Source: Cenococcum geophilum
Taxonomy: Eukaryota
Reading direction: 5' to 3'
NCBI GenBank assembly: GCA_050273025.1
Contig: CP158635.1
Location: 8,494,001 to 8,558,000, forward strand
DNA length: 64,000 bases
The position numbers and the translations under genes were made by a program. Shown one piece after another: positions 63,076-64,000 of the stretch (position 1 is the first letter of the stretch; each line of letters starts with the position of its first letter). Below the pieces are notes generated by a model. The model saw nothing but the letters and a program-made list of their open reading frames with translations. It was not told where the DNA came from and searched no databases.

Positions 63076-63774
63076 GAAGCCCGTGGGGGACTCAGACCTC
63101 GCAAGCTCGGCCTTCCGTGGAACCTCACTGCTCTGAAGGTGGGTGCGTGGGACTTGGAAAAGGGACTGGCGATACGGGCGCATTTAACGAGATAGGCTGG
63201 AGAGAATGAAAGGGTGCAGCAAAGGAGAGTCTGGATAGCTCTACGTTTTTGAGTGCTCTTATACTGTTTCATTATTCTAACATAGTCTCGTAGCATAATT
63301 TCAGTAAGAATTGGATTTCACGGAAGAAATACTGAAAATATCGTAAAAAGTATTTCGATACCATGTTAAAGCCCATATTTCAAGCACGTTCTAATACCTT
63401 ACTATCTCTGTACAGCTTCCAGTAACTTTCAAGATCTTCCTCAAGTATCGAGGTATAAAACTAAGTAAAAAGCCTTCCTGGTTTTCACTATCCTTCTATC
63501 CCTTAACCCGTCGAGGCGCAACGATGCCAGCTTGGCAGGCCCGTGCAGGAACACCGTGCCGAGCTGTACTCGAGGCATCGCAGAGCATGAATTAGCTAGC
63601 AATTTACACCTAAATCAATGCCAGAAAATGCCCAGAACATCTAATGAAATCGACTATGTGAAATGGAAGGATCCTCGTACCAAAACCTCGAAGAAGCCAC
63701 CACCAGAGCCATAGGTTCTACCTATATTTACTCCCTTTCGAATTAACAACTATTGGGACCGCGACAAGCCCTCT

Positions 63775-64000
63775 ATACCCTAGTCTTAACTAGCATAACC
63801 CCCTAGCTAGCTTTAAGCTATTTTATATTAATAAGATAATAGATAAAATAGTAGTTTAGATAAATAAGTATATAGCAGCGCATAAATACTATAAAATAAA
63901 GCCTTAAATAGTAGGCTTAGAAAGTGGTTTCTAATATCTAGGTAGAAGTTATATATATACTTTAGGGTAACAATTTATACGGGAATAATAATAGAGCCTT
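63775..64000. repeat. Start of another RIPped repeat, unidentified
   Basis: Abrupt switch to TA-rich, CA/TG-depleted sequence. Confidence 0.6.

Noticed and set aside
63781..63800. TAGTC start as a second Academ-like terminus
   Set aside because: Five-base match only; too little sequence to test.

Overview
Filamentous ascomycete DNA from an accessory, repeat-rich region. GC-balanced intact islands alternate with AT-rich blocks carrying a strong RIP signature (CpA>TpA, plus TpCpG changes). Main inference: bases 1-~30503 are the 3' end of a Starship giant transposon. An inward-facing Myb/SANT gene (26768-29007, now pseudogenised) lies 1.5 kb from an abrupt unRIPped/RIPped border, and that border falls exactly on TTAC-N7-A (30500-30511) in the middle of a truncated DUF6589 (Academ-type) transposase frame. 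No captain gene is visible here. Putative cargo: an intronless membrane-protein gene bracketed by foldback repeats, an intronless F-box gene, a head-to-tail CryptonF dimer with an att-like junction, the end of a third unRIPped Crypton inserted in a copia LTR, an internally deleted but in-frame copia, a self-priming TRIM, a MITE, an unclassified TIR element and a Tad1-like LINE. Right of the border, the DUF6589 element (to ~57855) hosts a chromovirus and a LINE that itself hosts a second copy of that chromovirus. The last 6 kb hold two spliced genes (one DUF6594), a small pseudogene and the start of another RIPped repeat. All family assignments come from motif recognition by eye, often after mentally reversing RIP; no searches were run.
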